In this document: positions 19,837-29,718 of the stretch, in pieces
How positions within the stretch are numbered: the stretch's first letter is position 1
How the letters are laid out: each line of letters starts with the position of its first letter
DNA from: an uncultured Bdellovibrionales bacterium
GTDB taxonomy: Bacteria; Bdellovibrionota; Bdellovibrionia; Bdellovibrionales; UBA1609
Assembly (NCBI GenBank): GCA_903833275.1
Contig: CAILEP010000020.1
Span: 8,277 to 72,276, forward strand
Length of the DNA: 64,000 nucleotides
Reading direction: 5' to 3'
The notes under the pieces: model-generated
Told to the model about the DNA's origin: nothing
Seen by the model: the letters and a program-made list of their open reading frames with translations, nothing else
The model's database searches: none
Translations under genes and position numbers: made by a program

Positions 19837-21807
19837 TTACTGTATTTTTTGCGACTCAGGTCCAGTGGCGGCCTGAATTTTGCCAGACTTTACGGTCAGA
19901 ACTGTCAGGGCGCGGGTGAACTCACGCTCATCCGTTACATTTATATCACCAACGATACCCTGAAATTGACGTAATTTAGATAACGAGTCGCGTACGGCCA
20001 CTCGCGAACGCGCCCCACGCGAGACCAGATCTTTAAGAATAAGCGCCGTATCGTAAGCTTGTGCCTCAAAAACGGACGGTTCTTCGTTATAAATATTTTT
20101 AAAATCTTGGTAAAACCTGGTCTTTTGAATCGAGTTATCGACGATTGTTTTTGCGTCGACAAAAAGTGAATCTTCAATCAGGCTCGTGCCGCGTTCGACG
20201 ATCGCAGGGTTGTTCCATAAGTTTGTCCCGAGAAGATGGATCTTGTCGACATCGTGAAACTTAAGCATAGAGGCAATTTGGCCAAGGGCCTTGACCCCGT
20301 CGGGTATAAAGACAGCATCGAAATCTACAATGGGTGGTAATAGATCATTGGGCGGCGTCACCCGTGACGTAATGACCTTTTGCTGGCCGTACCAATCTTT
20401 AAGGCGATTGGTGTATTCGTCGACCCGGTCTTCAAGATAATAGGTGCCGACAAGCCTCGATATTGGTCCGCTAAAATCTTTTTCTTCGCTTGAATAAATT
20501 TGTGCTGCGGTTATTTGCGCGCCGTGAGCAAGCACTTCGTCCCAAAATAAATTTGCGTATTCAATACCGTAGGGGTCGTTTGGATAGAGGATTGCAAATT
20601 TGGTCATGCCGTATTTTTCAATGGCCGTTTGGACAAGCTCACTAACGATCGCTTGGCTGGTGAGAGCATTTCGAAAAACATTGTCGCCGAGGGCTGTAAG
20701 ACGAGACTTTTGAGAAAGCCCAATCACCGGCACGCCAAGCTCGTTGGCCTTTTGGGCGACAGGCTCGGCTGTCTTTGAAATTAAATCACCGACAATCGCC
20801 ACAACACTATCTTCAATAACGAGTCGTTCGACAGCCCGTCTAGCTACGTCAGGGTTGCCCTCACTGTCGATAACCGCGAGTTTAAAATCAGAATTATTGC
20901 CACCAACGATACCAAGGCCGAGCTCAAGACCACGTAAAGTTTTTTGCCCCAGCCCAGAATATTTACCCGACAATGGCAGTACTGCGCCAACTGTAAACGG
21001 GGCCACACGTTGCCTGGCGGTGATTTGGTCAAGGTAGTTTTTTGAGGTAATTGCAAGGTCAGAGCCAGGGGCCACAGTTTGAATTTCTCGAAAATAATTT
21101 TCTGCTCGAGCATATTCATGTTGCTCAAAGCTCGCTAGACCAACTCGGTAGAGGACGGGTGCGCGCACAAAACCGTACTCGCTGCTCTGGGCAACAGTCG
21201 AAAGTTCAGACTCTTTTAAGCTTGATTCGACAAAATCGGCGGCTCGAATGCGAAATTTTTCTCGTTGAGCGGGTTCTTCAGCGCTTTCTGCCAATAGCAC
21301 TAACGACTTCAGCGCATCAAGACGATCGCCCATCTGCCACTGGATATTATACCGCAAAGAATGGACCTCGATCTTTGTTGCCGCGGCTAGCCCAGTATAA
21401 TGAAGGGCTTTCTGAGAAAGATTTAGCGCTTCGTCGTAACGGCCTAACTTATATAATGAGCGCGAAGCCCCGATGACGGCCTCAAGCTCGCGAGCCGAAT
21501 TGTATTCTGAGTTCACGACAGACAAATAATGCTTGTACGACTCATTATAGTTCGCCTGTTGATAATAGATTTGGCCTAGAGAGACTTCGGCATCAACGGA
21601 AACGTCAGTGCCAGGGTGTTGTGCGATCAGTTTGTTTAAGCGGACGATGGCCTTCTTCGGGGCCCCGGCCGCAATTTCGATTTCAATTTTAGCAAGCTCA
21701 GACTTTACGTTCGGCGAGGCGCGCTGCGGTTCTTTTTTGCTTACGATAGCGCAGCTAAGAACAAGCAGCGAAGAGGCGAATAAAGCTGTGCGAAAAAATA
21801 ATTTCAC
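19837..21807 (-). CDS. LpoA-like PBP activator lipoprotein (TPR plus periplasmic-binding-type domain)
   Basis: Lipobox VLSC, TPR N-half, C-terminal VGAVLPLSG type I PBP fold. Confidence 0.8.
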   Translation of the reverse strand: MKLFFRTALFASSLLVLSCAIVSKKEPQRASPNVKSELAKIEIEIAAGAPKKAIVRLNKLIAQHPGTDVSVDAEVSLGQIYYQQANYNESYKHYLSVVNSEYNSARELEAVIGASRSLYKLGRYDEALNLSQKALHYTGLAAATKIEVHSLRYNIQWQMGDRLDALKSLVLLAESAEEPAQREKFRIRAADFVESSLKESELSTVAQSSEYGFVRAPVLYRVGLASFEQHEYARAENYFREIQTVAPGSDLAITSKNYLDQITARQRVAPFTVGAVLPLSGKYSGLGQKTLRGLELGLGIVGGNNSDFKLAVIDSEGNPDVARRAVERLVIEDSVVAIVGDLISKTAEPVAQKANELGVPVIGLSQKSRLTALGDNVFRNALTSQAIVSELVQTAIEKYGMTKFAILYPNDPYGIEYANLFWDEVLAHGAQITAAQIYSSEEKDFSGPISRLVGTYYLEDRVDEYTNRLKDWYGQQKVITSRVTPPNDLLPPIVDFDAVFIPDGVKALGQIASMLKFHDVDKIHLLGTNLWNNPAIVERGTSLIEDSLFVDAKTIVDNSIQKTRFYQDFKNIYNEEPSVFEAQAYDTALILKDLVSRGARSRVAVRDSLSKLRQFQGIVGDINVTDEREFTRALTVLTVKSGKIQAATGPESQKIQ

Positions 21808-22787
21808 TTTCTTCCTTCAAAAATCTTTTTAACCTTGTCTTGAAAATCTTTTACGAGCGGAGTCGAGTCGGCGCCACTGGTAAATTTTCGCAACGTTTCG
21901 ATTTGCTCAGGAGTAAGGTGAGCTGGGATATCGATAACCACTCGTAAAAGCATATCGCCAACGCGCGCGCTGTTCAATTCAGTAAAACCTTTGCCTCTAA
22001 GGCGAAAGACCTGGCCGGGGTGGGTGTTCTGCGGCACTCGAACGCTCGCGCGCCCAGTCAATGTTGGGACTTCAACTTCTGTCCCGGCGATTGCATCGAC
22101 AAAGGACAAGGGCAGATCAACGACAACATCGAGCCCCTGTCGGCGAAAAAGAGGGTGCTCGAGTAAATTAACAATTACGTAAAGATCCCCACTCTCGCCG
22201 CCGTTTCGCCCAGAGTCGCCTTCGCCTTTAAGCTTGAGGCGTTGCCCAGTATTGACCCCGGCGGGCACAGTCACCGATAAATTAGCGGTATCTTCGCGAC
22301 CGCTTCGTTCACGAACAAAACGAACTTTTTTCTCGCATCCGCGGGCCGCCTCTTCAAATGAAACCGCAAGATTGTAGCGCAGGTCGGCGCCACGAGACTT
22401 AAGTGGGCCGCGGCGAGCCTTTGGATTTTGGGCAAAAGCATCGCCAAAAATATCGTTAAATAAATCGTAGGCTGACTCTGTTGAATAATTTCGACCGCCG
22501 CGAAAAGAATCAAAATCAAAGTCTTCATAGTTTGGGCCGGTATAATATCCCTGCGGGCCGCCGGGCGTACCGACGTGGCCAAAATTATCATAAGCCTGAC
22601 GCTGTTTGGGGTCCTGCAGCACCTCATAGGCTTCGCTTACTTCGCGAAATTTATCTTCAGCGACTTTATCGCCCGGGTTTTTGTCAGGGTGAAATTGCAT
22701 TGCAAGCTTGCGGTAAGCTTTTTTGATTTCTTCAGCAGTTGAATTTCTCGGCACCCCGAGGGTTGCGTAAAAATCCTTCTTTGGCAT
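21804..22787 (-). CDS. dnaJ: DnaJ-class co-chaperone without a zinc finger (class B/CbpA-like)
   Basis: J-domain HPDKN, G/F region, C-terminal domain; no CxxCxGxG repeats. Confidence 0.85.
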   Translation of the reverse strand: MPKKDFYATLGVPRNSTAEEIKKAYRKLAMQFHPDKNPGDKVAEDKFREVSEAYEVLQDPKQRQAYDNFGHVGTPGGPQGYYTGPNYEDFDFDSFRGGRNYSTESAYDLFNDIFGDAFAQNPKARRGPLKSRGADLRYNLAVSFEEAARGCEKKVRFVRERSGREDTANLSVTVPAGVNTGQRLKLKGEGDSGRNGGESGDLYVIVNLLEHPLFRRQGLDVVVDLPLSFVDAIAGTEVEVPTLTGRASVRVPQNTHPGQVFRLRGKGFTELNSARVGDMLLRVVIDIPAHLTPEQIETLRKFTSGADSTPLVKDFQDKVKKIFEGRK

Positions 22788-22790
22788 AAA

Positions 22791-23429
22791 TCAACTCTTG
22801 TCGTCAGATGTTTGATCACTCGCGGGGGCGGGCTTGGTGGGCTCTTTAGCCACCACAACCTGCGCGGGGCGAATGACGCGATCATGAAGCTTGTACGCTT
22901 TCTTATAAACTCGACTCACATGCCCGGCCGGTACCGCAGTGGTTTCTTCGCTGCTTAAAGCCTCGTGAAAAGCGGGGTTAAACGCTTCACCAGCGCTTAA
23001 AATTTCTCGCACGCCGTGCTTCTGCAAAATCTTTCGCAACTCAGCCGCAGTCAGCTGAATGCCATCTTTAAACTGAATCAATGTATTTGAGTTCACGTCA
23101 AGCTCAAGGGCGCGTTCAAAATTATCGAACACCTCAAGTAGATCGACCAGAAAGCGCTCGGTGCCGTACTTAACTAAATCGGAGCGCTCCTTAACGACAG
23201 ACTTTCGATAATTATCAAAATCGGCGCGCAGGTAGAGGTAATCTTTCTTCCATTTTTCAGCGTCTTCGCGCGCGCGTTCAAGCTCTGCGACTTTTGCAGA
23301 GGATAGGCTAATGACATCCCCGTCGTCGGGCTGGGGGCGTTCACTTTCGGGGTTTGAATCGTTGACGGACTCGATTTCAACTCCGTCGGTATCAAATTCA
23401 TCGTCTTTTCGATTTTTTTTATCGCTCAC
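22791..23429 (-). CDS. grpE: Nucleotide exchange factor GrpE
   Basis: ADFDNYRK, FNPAFHEAL, RVIRPAQVVV motifs; AGGAG SD before GTG 23429. Confidence 0.95.
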   Translation of the reverse strand: MSDKKNRKDDEFDTDGVEIESVNDSNPESERPQPDDGDVISLSSAKVAELERAREDAEKWKKDYLYLRADFDNYRKSVVKERSDLVKYGTERFLVDLLEVFDNFERALELDVNSNTLIQFKDGIQLTAAELRKILQKHGVREILSAGEAFNPAFHEALSSEETTAVPAGHVSRVYKKAYKLHDRVIRPAQVVVAKEPTKPAPASDQTSDDKS

Positions 23430-23458
23430 AAGTGCTCCTTGACGGCAAAACACTACCA

Positions 23459-23485
23459 ATTTGAGGTCGAACGGGCGAGTGTCAA
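23459..23485 (-). promoter_or_regulatory. Possible sigma32 (RpoH)-type promoter of grpE-dnaJ
   Basis: TTGACA-N13-CCTCAAAT compared with the E. coli RpoH consensus TTGAAA-N13/14-CCCCATnT. Confidence 0.45.
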
Positions 23486-23516
23486 CGCGTCGAAATAGGC
23501 CTAATTTTTAGCAAAT

Positions 23517-24701
23517 TTAGGGCAATTCTTCTGCCAAGAAGGTTAATTCAAGAAAAATGGCATTGGCTCGTGGGCGCTCAGTCGGCGTCATAGAAAAGCC
23601 AGTTGTTGTTTTCAATAGCGCCCCCCCGGAACAGAGCTTTAAAAGGCGTTGAAGTGTAAGATTCGCCGTCGCGGGCCCATACTTTTTTGTCAGTAATTCA
23701 ACACTTAGGCCCTCGGTCTTTCTAAGGGCCGTATGACAGTAATCCGTGAGCGATTCGTGCAGCTTCAGAGGCTCGACCTGTCTTTGCGGAATTACTTTGT
23801 AAAAAGCCACGTCAGGCGCGGAGGCGCCGCTCGTCGCGTAGAGTTGTTTAGCCCAAACATCAACGGAGGCAGGGTTCCAAAAGCGTGTCCCAAAATCGCC
23901 AACGGCGGGCAAATAAGAGTGGGCGCCGATCCCAACGCCCCAATATCCCTGGTCAGTCCAATACAAATAATTGTGTTTTGACTCAAAACCAGGTCGAGCG
24001 AAATTCGAGATTTCATAGCGCTTAAGCCCATTGGCCGCAAGAGCACTTTCAATTTGGTCAAACATGTCAGCCTGAACGTCATCTGGGGCCCGATTTTTGT
24101 TCATTTCGTGTTGTTTGGGCACCGTTAAATTATAAAGACTAACGTGTGGTGGGTTGTATTGATTCAACTCGGTCAAGTCGCGCTCAAGGTCAGCCGGGCT
24201 TTGATTCGGTAAGCCAAACAGCAAATCAAAAGAGTAATTTACCTTTGCATCTCGAAGCATCGCTAAAAGCGAGCGACTGTCTTCAACAGAATGTAGGCGC
24301 CCTGTGCGCTTCAGTTGTTCGGAGTGAAAAGTCTGAACGCCAACACTAAAGCGATTCACTCCGGCAGCTAGATATTGGTCAAGTTTATGTTTCGTAACTG
24401 TGCCCGGGTTTATTTCAACAGTCACTTCGGCGTCATTTTCGAATTCGAAGCCATTATTGGCAATTTCTTGGCGAATCGCTAGAATGGCATCAACCCCGAG
24501 TACGCTGGGCGTGCCGCCTCCGAAGTAAAGCGAAGAAAGGCGGCGCTCTTTAATTGCTGACGATCGATTGCGAATTTCTTCGATCAATAGCGAGGTGTAT
24601 TGGGCGGGTGAAACAGCGTGGTCCATATCGAGAGTGATGAAATCACAATAGTGGCACTTCTGTAGACAGTAGGGGATATGAACGTAAACGCCAAAAGCCA
24701 T
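23517..24701 (-). CDS. hemW: Radical SAM heme chaperone HemW
   Basis: YVHIPYC-LQK-C-HY-C, GGGTPS, YEISNF, HNYLYW motifs. Confidence 0.9.
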   Translation of the reverse strand: MAFGVYVHIPYCLQKCHYCDFITLDMDHAVSPAQYTSLLIEEIRNRSSAIKERRLSSLYFGGGTPSVLGVDAILAIRQEIANNGFEFENDAEVTVEINPGTVTKHKLDQYLAAGVNRFSVGVQTFHSEQLKRTGRLHSVEDSRSLLAMLRDAKVNYSFDLLFGLPNQSPADLERDLTELNQYNPPHVSLYNLTVPKQHEMNKNRAPDDVQADMFDQIESALAANGLKRYEISNFARPGFESKHNYLYWTDQGYWGVGIGAHSYLPAVGDFGTRFWNPASVDVWAKQLYATSGASAPDVAFYKVIPQRQVEPLKLHESLTDYCHTALRKTEGLSVELLTKKYGPATANLTLQRLLKLCSGGALLKTTTGFSMTPTERPRANAIFLELTFLAEELP

Positions 24702-24717
24702 GCGAGGGTTCTATAAT

Positions 24718-27327
24718 ATGCCGACTAAATATCAATTGAAAAATGGTATGAATGTCTTGCTCATCGAAAGCAAAAAATCACCAGTCGTCTCAATTCAAAT
24801 GTGGGTGAAGACGGGCTCGGCCGACGAGAAAAAGGGTGTAGAGGGCATAAGTCACTTCATCGAACATCTTGTGTTTAAGGGCTCCGACAAGTTCAAGGCC
24901 GGCGAAATGGCTCAAGCCATCGAGGGCTCAGGCGGAGTGCTCAATGCCTACACGACCTTTGATCAAACGGTCTTTTACGTAACGCTCTCAAAGAACTTTG
25001 TTGATTCGGGTCTCGAAGTCATTAGTGAAATGATGGGTCGGCCCAAATTTGACAGTCAAGAAATCGACAACGAGCGCGAAGTTGTTATCGAAGAAATCAA
25101 GAGGTCACTCGATAACCCCTATCAACAAGCCAGCCGACTTCTGTTTTCAACAATGTACGAAAAACACCCCTATGGAGTACCCGTTATTGGCTACGACGAC
25201 AATATTCGCCGCGTGAAGCGCGAAGAGATCGTTGATTACTACAAAAAAAGATATGTGCCGCAAAACATGAACCTGGTTGTGGTCGGCGATTTTGAAACCG
25301 CAGAGATGAAGAAAAAAGTAAAAGAGTACTACGAGATTTTTGAAAAAAATCATCTTCTAAAGGTAAAAAGAACTCCTGAAAAATTATCAGTTAAGCCGAA
25401 GGTTCGTCTTCAAAAGGGCGCGTTTAACGAAAGCATGCTCTATTTTTCATGGTCGTGCCCGCCGGCCGATCACAAAGATGCCGAAGCGCTTTTGGCGCTA
25501 TCGGTTATTTTGGGGCAAGGTGACAGCTCGCGACTTGTGCATAAAATGCGAAACGAACAGCATTTGGTGAATTCGATCGGGGCCAGTGTTTTTACTCCGA
25601 AAGACCCAGGGTTTTTTGCCATTTCAACGTCGCTTAATCACGAAAAAACTGACGCTGTATTGGCCTCACTGCAAGAGCTGCTTTGCGACTTTATCAAGAC
25701 GGGGCCGAGCGAGGGCGAGTTAAGAAAAGCGGTCAGACAAATTGAAAGCGAGAAACTCTATTCAATTGAGACGGTCGACGGTTTGGCCGGTTTATACGGC
25801 CATTTCGAATTCTTACATAGAGACTTTCGCTATTTTGATAAAATTCTGAAAAAGATGAATATGCTGACCTGTGCTGATATCCAAGTGGTCGCAAGAAAGT
25901 ATCTCGACCCAAGAAAATTGAGAGTTTGCTTATTGGCCCCGGTCGAGCCGTCATCAATGCAGTCTAAAATAGAAAAATGGCAGGGTGAGTTGGCTACGAA
26001 TTTTGCTAAAAGCGCAAAAACGCGAGGCACCCCGAAGAAGCGACTTAAAAATCTTGGCATAAAATGGCAACCCAAAGCCAAAAATCGCGCGGCAGCCCCC
26101 GAGCGAGAAGTTTTGAAGTCGGGCTTAAGATTGGTTACCAAGAAAATATCGGGCTCCTCAGTTGTTAGTTTGCGCGTTGGGTTTCTTGGCGGCCTAAGAT
26201 ATGAAGACGCTGCGAGCGCCGGGGCAAACGAGCTGGCGTCGCGAGTTTGGCCGGCCGGCACAAAGGCTCTTTCTGAGCATGACCTCAACGTTAAAATTGA
26301 AAACCTGGCGGCCCAGATTGGCGCATTTGGCGGGCGCAATTCAATTGGTCTATCGGCCGCGTCTCTAGTGCCAGACGCTAAAGAAGTCTTGGGGCTCGTA
26401 TCGGATTTAATTTCTGAGCCACGCCTTGAAGACTCAGCAATCGAACGAGAAAAAGAGCAAATGGTTGAGCATCTTAAGAGCCGAAACGACAAGCCGGCCC
26501 AGCAATGCATTTTGAATTTGACCGAAATGATGTTCGAAAACCACCCGTATGCCCGCGACCCCTACGGCACAATTGCCTCGATTTCAAAATTGGGCAGAGA
26601 GTCCGTTACCAATCACCTCAAAAAAGTTCAGCATGCGGAAAACTGTGTTGTTATAGCGGTCGGTGACTTCAGCTCGGCAACGTTAAGTGGGCACCTAAAG
26701 GCTATCGAAAAAAGTTTGAATCCGAAGCCGCTGGCGAAGGCCAGACACGTTTTGAGCCCGCTCAAAGAAAATAGACATAGGTTTGTTCGCTTAGATAAAG
26801 AACAAAGTCATATTGCGCTGGCCTATCGGGGCATCACAATTGGTTCGCCCGAGAGGCACTCGCTTGAGATTATGCAGTCAGTTCTTTCGGGCCAGGGCGG
26901 CCGGCTCTTTATCGAACTTCGCGACAAGGCCTCGCTAGCCTATACTGTTTCACCAATGAGAATGGATGGTTTAGAGGGCGGCTATTTTGGCGCCTACATC
27001 GGGTGTTCTCCTGAAAAAACAGTTAAGGCAGTTGAAATGATGAAGGCGGAGTTTAGCAAGCTCGTCGACGAAAATATTTCAGCGGTTGAGCTCGATCGAG
27101 CAAAACGTTATCTGTTGGGTCGCTACGATATTGCTCGCCAGCGCACTTCAAATATTGCGGATGCACTTCTATTCGACGAACTATATGGCTTAAAGTTCGA
27201 TGAGTCTGAGTTCTATAAGCAGCATCTTGAAAGCGTAAGCGCCCAAGACATTCGCAAATTGGCGCAGAAGATATTTTCTCAAAAAGAGGTATTGTCGATA
27301 GTCGGGCGGGTGGATGTCTCAGAATGA
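24718..27327 (+). CDS. M16 family zinc protease (PqqL-like, tandem domains)
   Basis: Inverted zinc motif HFIEH and NAYT; second half degenerate. Start 24718 preferred over 24700, which overlaps hemW. Confidence 0.9.
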   Translation: MPTKYQLKNGMNVLLIESKKSPVVSIQMWVKTGSADEKKGVEGISHFIEHLVFKGSDKFKAGEMAQAIEGSGGVLNAYTTFDQTVFYVTLSKNFVDSGLEVISEMMGRPKFDSQEIDNEREVVIEEIKRSLDNPYQQASRLLFSTMYEKHPYGVPVIGYDDNIRRVKREEIVDYYKKRYVPQNMNLVVVGDFETAEMKKKVKEYYEIFEKNHLLKVKRTPEKLSVKPKVRLQKGAFNESMLYFSWSCPPADHKDAEALLALSVILGQGDSSRLVHKMRNEQHLVNSIGASVFTPKDPGFFAISTSLNHEKTDAVLASLQELLCDFIKTGPSEGELRKAVRQIESEKLYSIETVDGLAGLYGHFEFLHRDFRYFDKILKKMNMLTCADIQVVARKYLDPRKLRVCLLAPVEPSSMQSKIEKWQGELATNFAKSAKTRGTPKKRLKNLGIKWQPKAKNRAAAPEREVLKSGLRLVTKKISGSSVVSLRVGFLGGLRYEDAASAGANELASRVWPAGTKALSEHDLNVKIENLAAQIGAFGGRNSIGLSAASLVPDAKEVLGLVSDLISEPRLEDSAIEREKEQMVEHLKSRNDKPAQQCILNLTEMMFENHPYARDPYGTIASISKLGRESVTNHLKKVQHAENCVVIAVGDFSSATLSGHLKAIEKSLNPKPLAKARHVLSPLKENRHRFVRLDKEQSHIALAYRGITIGSPERHSLEIMQSVLSGQGGRLFIELRDKASLAYTVSPMRMDGLEGGYFGAYIGCSPEKTVKAVEMMKAEFSKLVDENISAVELDRAKRYLLGRYDIARQRTSNIADALLFDELYGLKFDESEFYKQHLESVSAQDIRKLAQKIFSQKEVLSIVGRVDVSE

Positions 27328-27453
27328 GACGTCTACCGAGACTTAGGTCGTAACGCCGAGCGAAGCCCCCCAAAATAGTTAAAAATGTACTAAAATATAA
27401 GAAGCATCGCGCCGTTAGACTAGGTAGGTAGTTGAAGCGGGGAGCATCTCGAA

Positions 27454-28050
27454 ATGAGTGTCACTTCCAAAATTCCAAAAGTGAGCGTGCTTGCATCATC
27501 GAGCGCGTACTTCTCTGAGCTTGTAAACCAAGCGTTAGAGAAACGTAAAATCGAGGTAGCGCCGGGCGTGTCACAATACCTAGTGCAATTACTTGATTCG
27601 TATCTTTTGGCGTCAAATCTTCAAACCAATACGAGTATGGCTGAAACACTATTAAAGGCGAGCCAGGCTGAGCGTAAGACGCGAATTGAAATGTTGAGAA
27701 GGCTCGGCGATACGAGCCTTTATATTAGCGGTTTTTTTGGAGACTCGCTCAATCGTAAAATCATCGACATTGATTATTATGCCGGCATCGGCGGGGTCGC
27801 CTATGGCCAGCTGGCTTCGGAGCTTGAGCCTGATTTGTCGGCCACTGTTTACAGTCAATTTTCACAACGATTTCTAGAATTTGTTGATCTTCTAACTTAT
27901 ATAAGTCAGAACTCACAAGTGCAGTCGAATCAGAATTTACTTCGGCTGTATGAGCGCTATATAAAAACAGGCTCAGAGCTTGCGAAAGAGCAGCTTCTTG
28001 AAAGCGGGCTACTGCCCCCAGAGCAACTTAAAAAGGTTAGCAGCCAGTAA
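27454..28050 (+). CDS. Hypothetical helical protein
   Basis: 198-aa ORF with GGGGAG SD; motif RRLGDTSLYISGFFGDSL..IDIDYY; abuts tatB. Confidence 0.8.
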   Translation: MSVTSKIPKVSVLASSSAYFSELVNQALEKRKIEVAPGVSQYLVQLLDSYLLASNLQTNTSMAETLLKASQAERKTRIEMLRRLGDTSLYISGFFGDSLNRKIIDIDYYAGIGGVAYGQLASELEPDLSATVYSQFSQRFLEFVDLLTYISQNSQVQSNQNLLRLYERYIKTGSELAKEQLLESGLLPPEQLKKVSSQ

Positions 28051-28443
28051 ATGTTTAATTTAGGGTTCACACATATTATTTTGCTGGGGGTCATTGCCCT
28101 CATTGTGGTTGGCCCAGAGCAATTGCCAGATCTCGCTAAAAAATTAGCCCACATGTTAAATGATTTACGGCGCGCCAAAGACGAAATACTCGGGCCGGTA
28201 ACTCAAATGCACAACGACACACAAAAAATGATCGATGAGGCTAAATCAAAAGCCACTCAAGATATTCAGCAGCTACTTGATTTACGGCATAAGCTTGATG
28301 AGCAAATTCGAGCGCAACAAACGGCGACTCCGCCGGGCAATGTGTCCTCTGGGGGCACGGTGCCGGCGGCAAGCCCAGCGACCACTGGTTCACCAGAAGT
28401 TGCGACCAATATAAAGAAAGATCCAGATGGCCAGCCAGGGTGA
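28051..28443 (+). CDS. tatB: Twin-arginine translocase TatB
   Basis: MFNLG...LIVVGPEQLP N-terminus; adjacent to tatC. Confidence 0.88.
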   Translation: MFNLGFTHIILLGVIALIVVGPEQLPDLAKKLAHMLNDLRRAKDEILGPVTQMHNDTQKMIDEAKSKATQDIQQLLDLRHKLDEQIRAQQTATPPGNVSSGGTVPAASPATTGSPEVATNIKKDPDGQPG

Positions 28444-29167
28444 ACAATCTTTTATCGAGCACCTCGTCGACTTGCGAACATGTATTATTCGTACGCTTTG
28501 GATTATCATTATCGGCTTCGGCGTTTGTTTTTCGTTCAAAGATAAAATATTTGATGTAATTCGGGCGCCGATCGTGCCCTATCTTGGGCCCAACGGGTAC
28601 CTCGTGTTCACGGCCCCAATAGATAAGTTCACTTCGTATATAAAAGTCAGTTTTTTAGCTGGGATTATTCTGACCTGCCCACTTTGGCTTTATCAAATTT
28701 GGCTTTTTGTGGCCCCAGGGCTCTACAAAAAAGAAAAAAAGATGGCCGCCTATTTTATTATTTCGGGCTCACTGTTGTTCGCTGTTGGGGTCTCATTCGT
28801 CTACGAAATTGTTTACCCAATGGCCTTTAAATACCTTCTAACTTTCGGTGGCGAAACCGACAAACCAATGATCACGATTACCGAATATCTCTCTTTTTTT
28901 ATTACAACAACTTTGATTTTTGGGGCGGCCTTTGAGATGCCATTAATTTTGGCAGTACTTGCAGTCATGGGCGTAATCGATGACAAATTTTTAAGAACGA
29001 AAAGGCGATATGCCGTTATGATTATTGCTATAATCTCGGCGATAATTACGCCGCCAGACGCCATTAGTATGCTCGCAATGCTGGCGCCGATGCTTTTACT
29101 TTATGAGATATCCATCTTGATCGTAAGCCAGATTACAAAGAATAATCTGGCCAAAAATAAAATTTAG
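28427..29167 (+). CDS. tatC: Twin-arginine translocase TatC
   Basis: EHLVDLR, FVAPGLY, FEMP, ITPPD motifs. Confidence 0.97.
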   Translation: MASQGEQSFIEHLVDLRTCIIRTLWIIIIGFGVCFSFKDKIFDVIRAPIVPYLGPNGYLVFTAPIDKFTSYIKVSFLAGIILTCPLWLYQIWLFVAPGLYKKEKKMAAYFIISGSLLFAVGVSFVYEIVYPMAFKYLLTFGGETDKPMITITEYLSFFITTTLIFGAAFEMPLILAVLAVMGVIDDKFLRTKRRYAVMIIAIISAIITPPDAISMLAMLAPMLLLYEISILIVSQITKNNLAKNKI

Positions 29168-29652
29168 TTTTTACGAAGGTTTGAAAAGCAATACCCGTAT
29201 GAGTACGGGGTGGTCGCTTGCTGGTTCGATCGAGAAAATATTAAAAGATTACCCTTGCGATGAACACGAATATCGTCCCCGCCTAGATATTGAACGCTTT
29301 GGACCTCTCGCTTGCTAAACGTTGTGTGTGTACTTTCGGCGGCCCCTCTTGGGTCGGGCTCGCTGTTGTCAGCCATGAGAACCAGGACGATTTGCTTTCC
29401 GGGCAGAAGCGGGCCGTGGGCATCTTTTGTTATCGTAAATTTTCTCAAGTGAGCCGGGTTCTCTTGGTCTTGGCTGCCAAAAAACACTTGTGTACACACC
29501 CGTGCTGACTTCGACCCGATCTCATCAAAATCACTTGCCGTGATCGTATCGCGAGCGCCGGTAAAGTTTTTCTTAAGCGTTTCAAAATAGGTTTCTGCAG
29601 ATGCGGTTAGAGAGAACAGGCTGATAAAAACGAAATAATGTGCGCGCGTCAT
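29164..29652 (-). CDS. Secreted hypothetical protein
   Basis: AAGGGGG SD before ATG 29652; signal peptide MTRAHYFVFISLFSLTASA-E; two Cys. Confidence 0.7.
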   Translation of the reverse strand: MTRAHYFVFISLFSLTASAETYFETLKKNFTGARDTITASDFDEIGSKSARVCTQVFFGSQDQENPAHLRKFTITKDAHGPLLPGKQIVLVLMADNSEPDPRGAAESTHTTFSKREVQSVQYLGGDDIRVHRKGNLLIFSRSNQQATTPYSYGYCFSNLRKN

Positions 29653-29718
29653 GAGGCCCCCTTTTTGGATATCCAATCTCTAGGCAAGAGGCTGGCATAC
29701 AAAACAAGAGGCCGCAAG

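Noticed and set aside
23460-23500. CIRCE element upstream of grpE
   Set aside because: Only a half-site-like GAGTGTCAA; no inverted partner 9 nt away.
25830-26510. 226-aa antisense ORF and the many other shadow ORFs in the track
   Set aside because: Nested in well-supported genes, with no motifs or SDs; typical antisense-frame artefacts.
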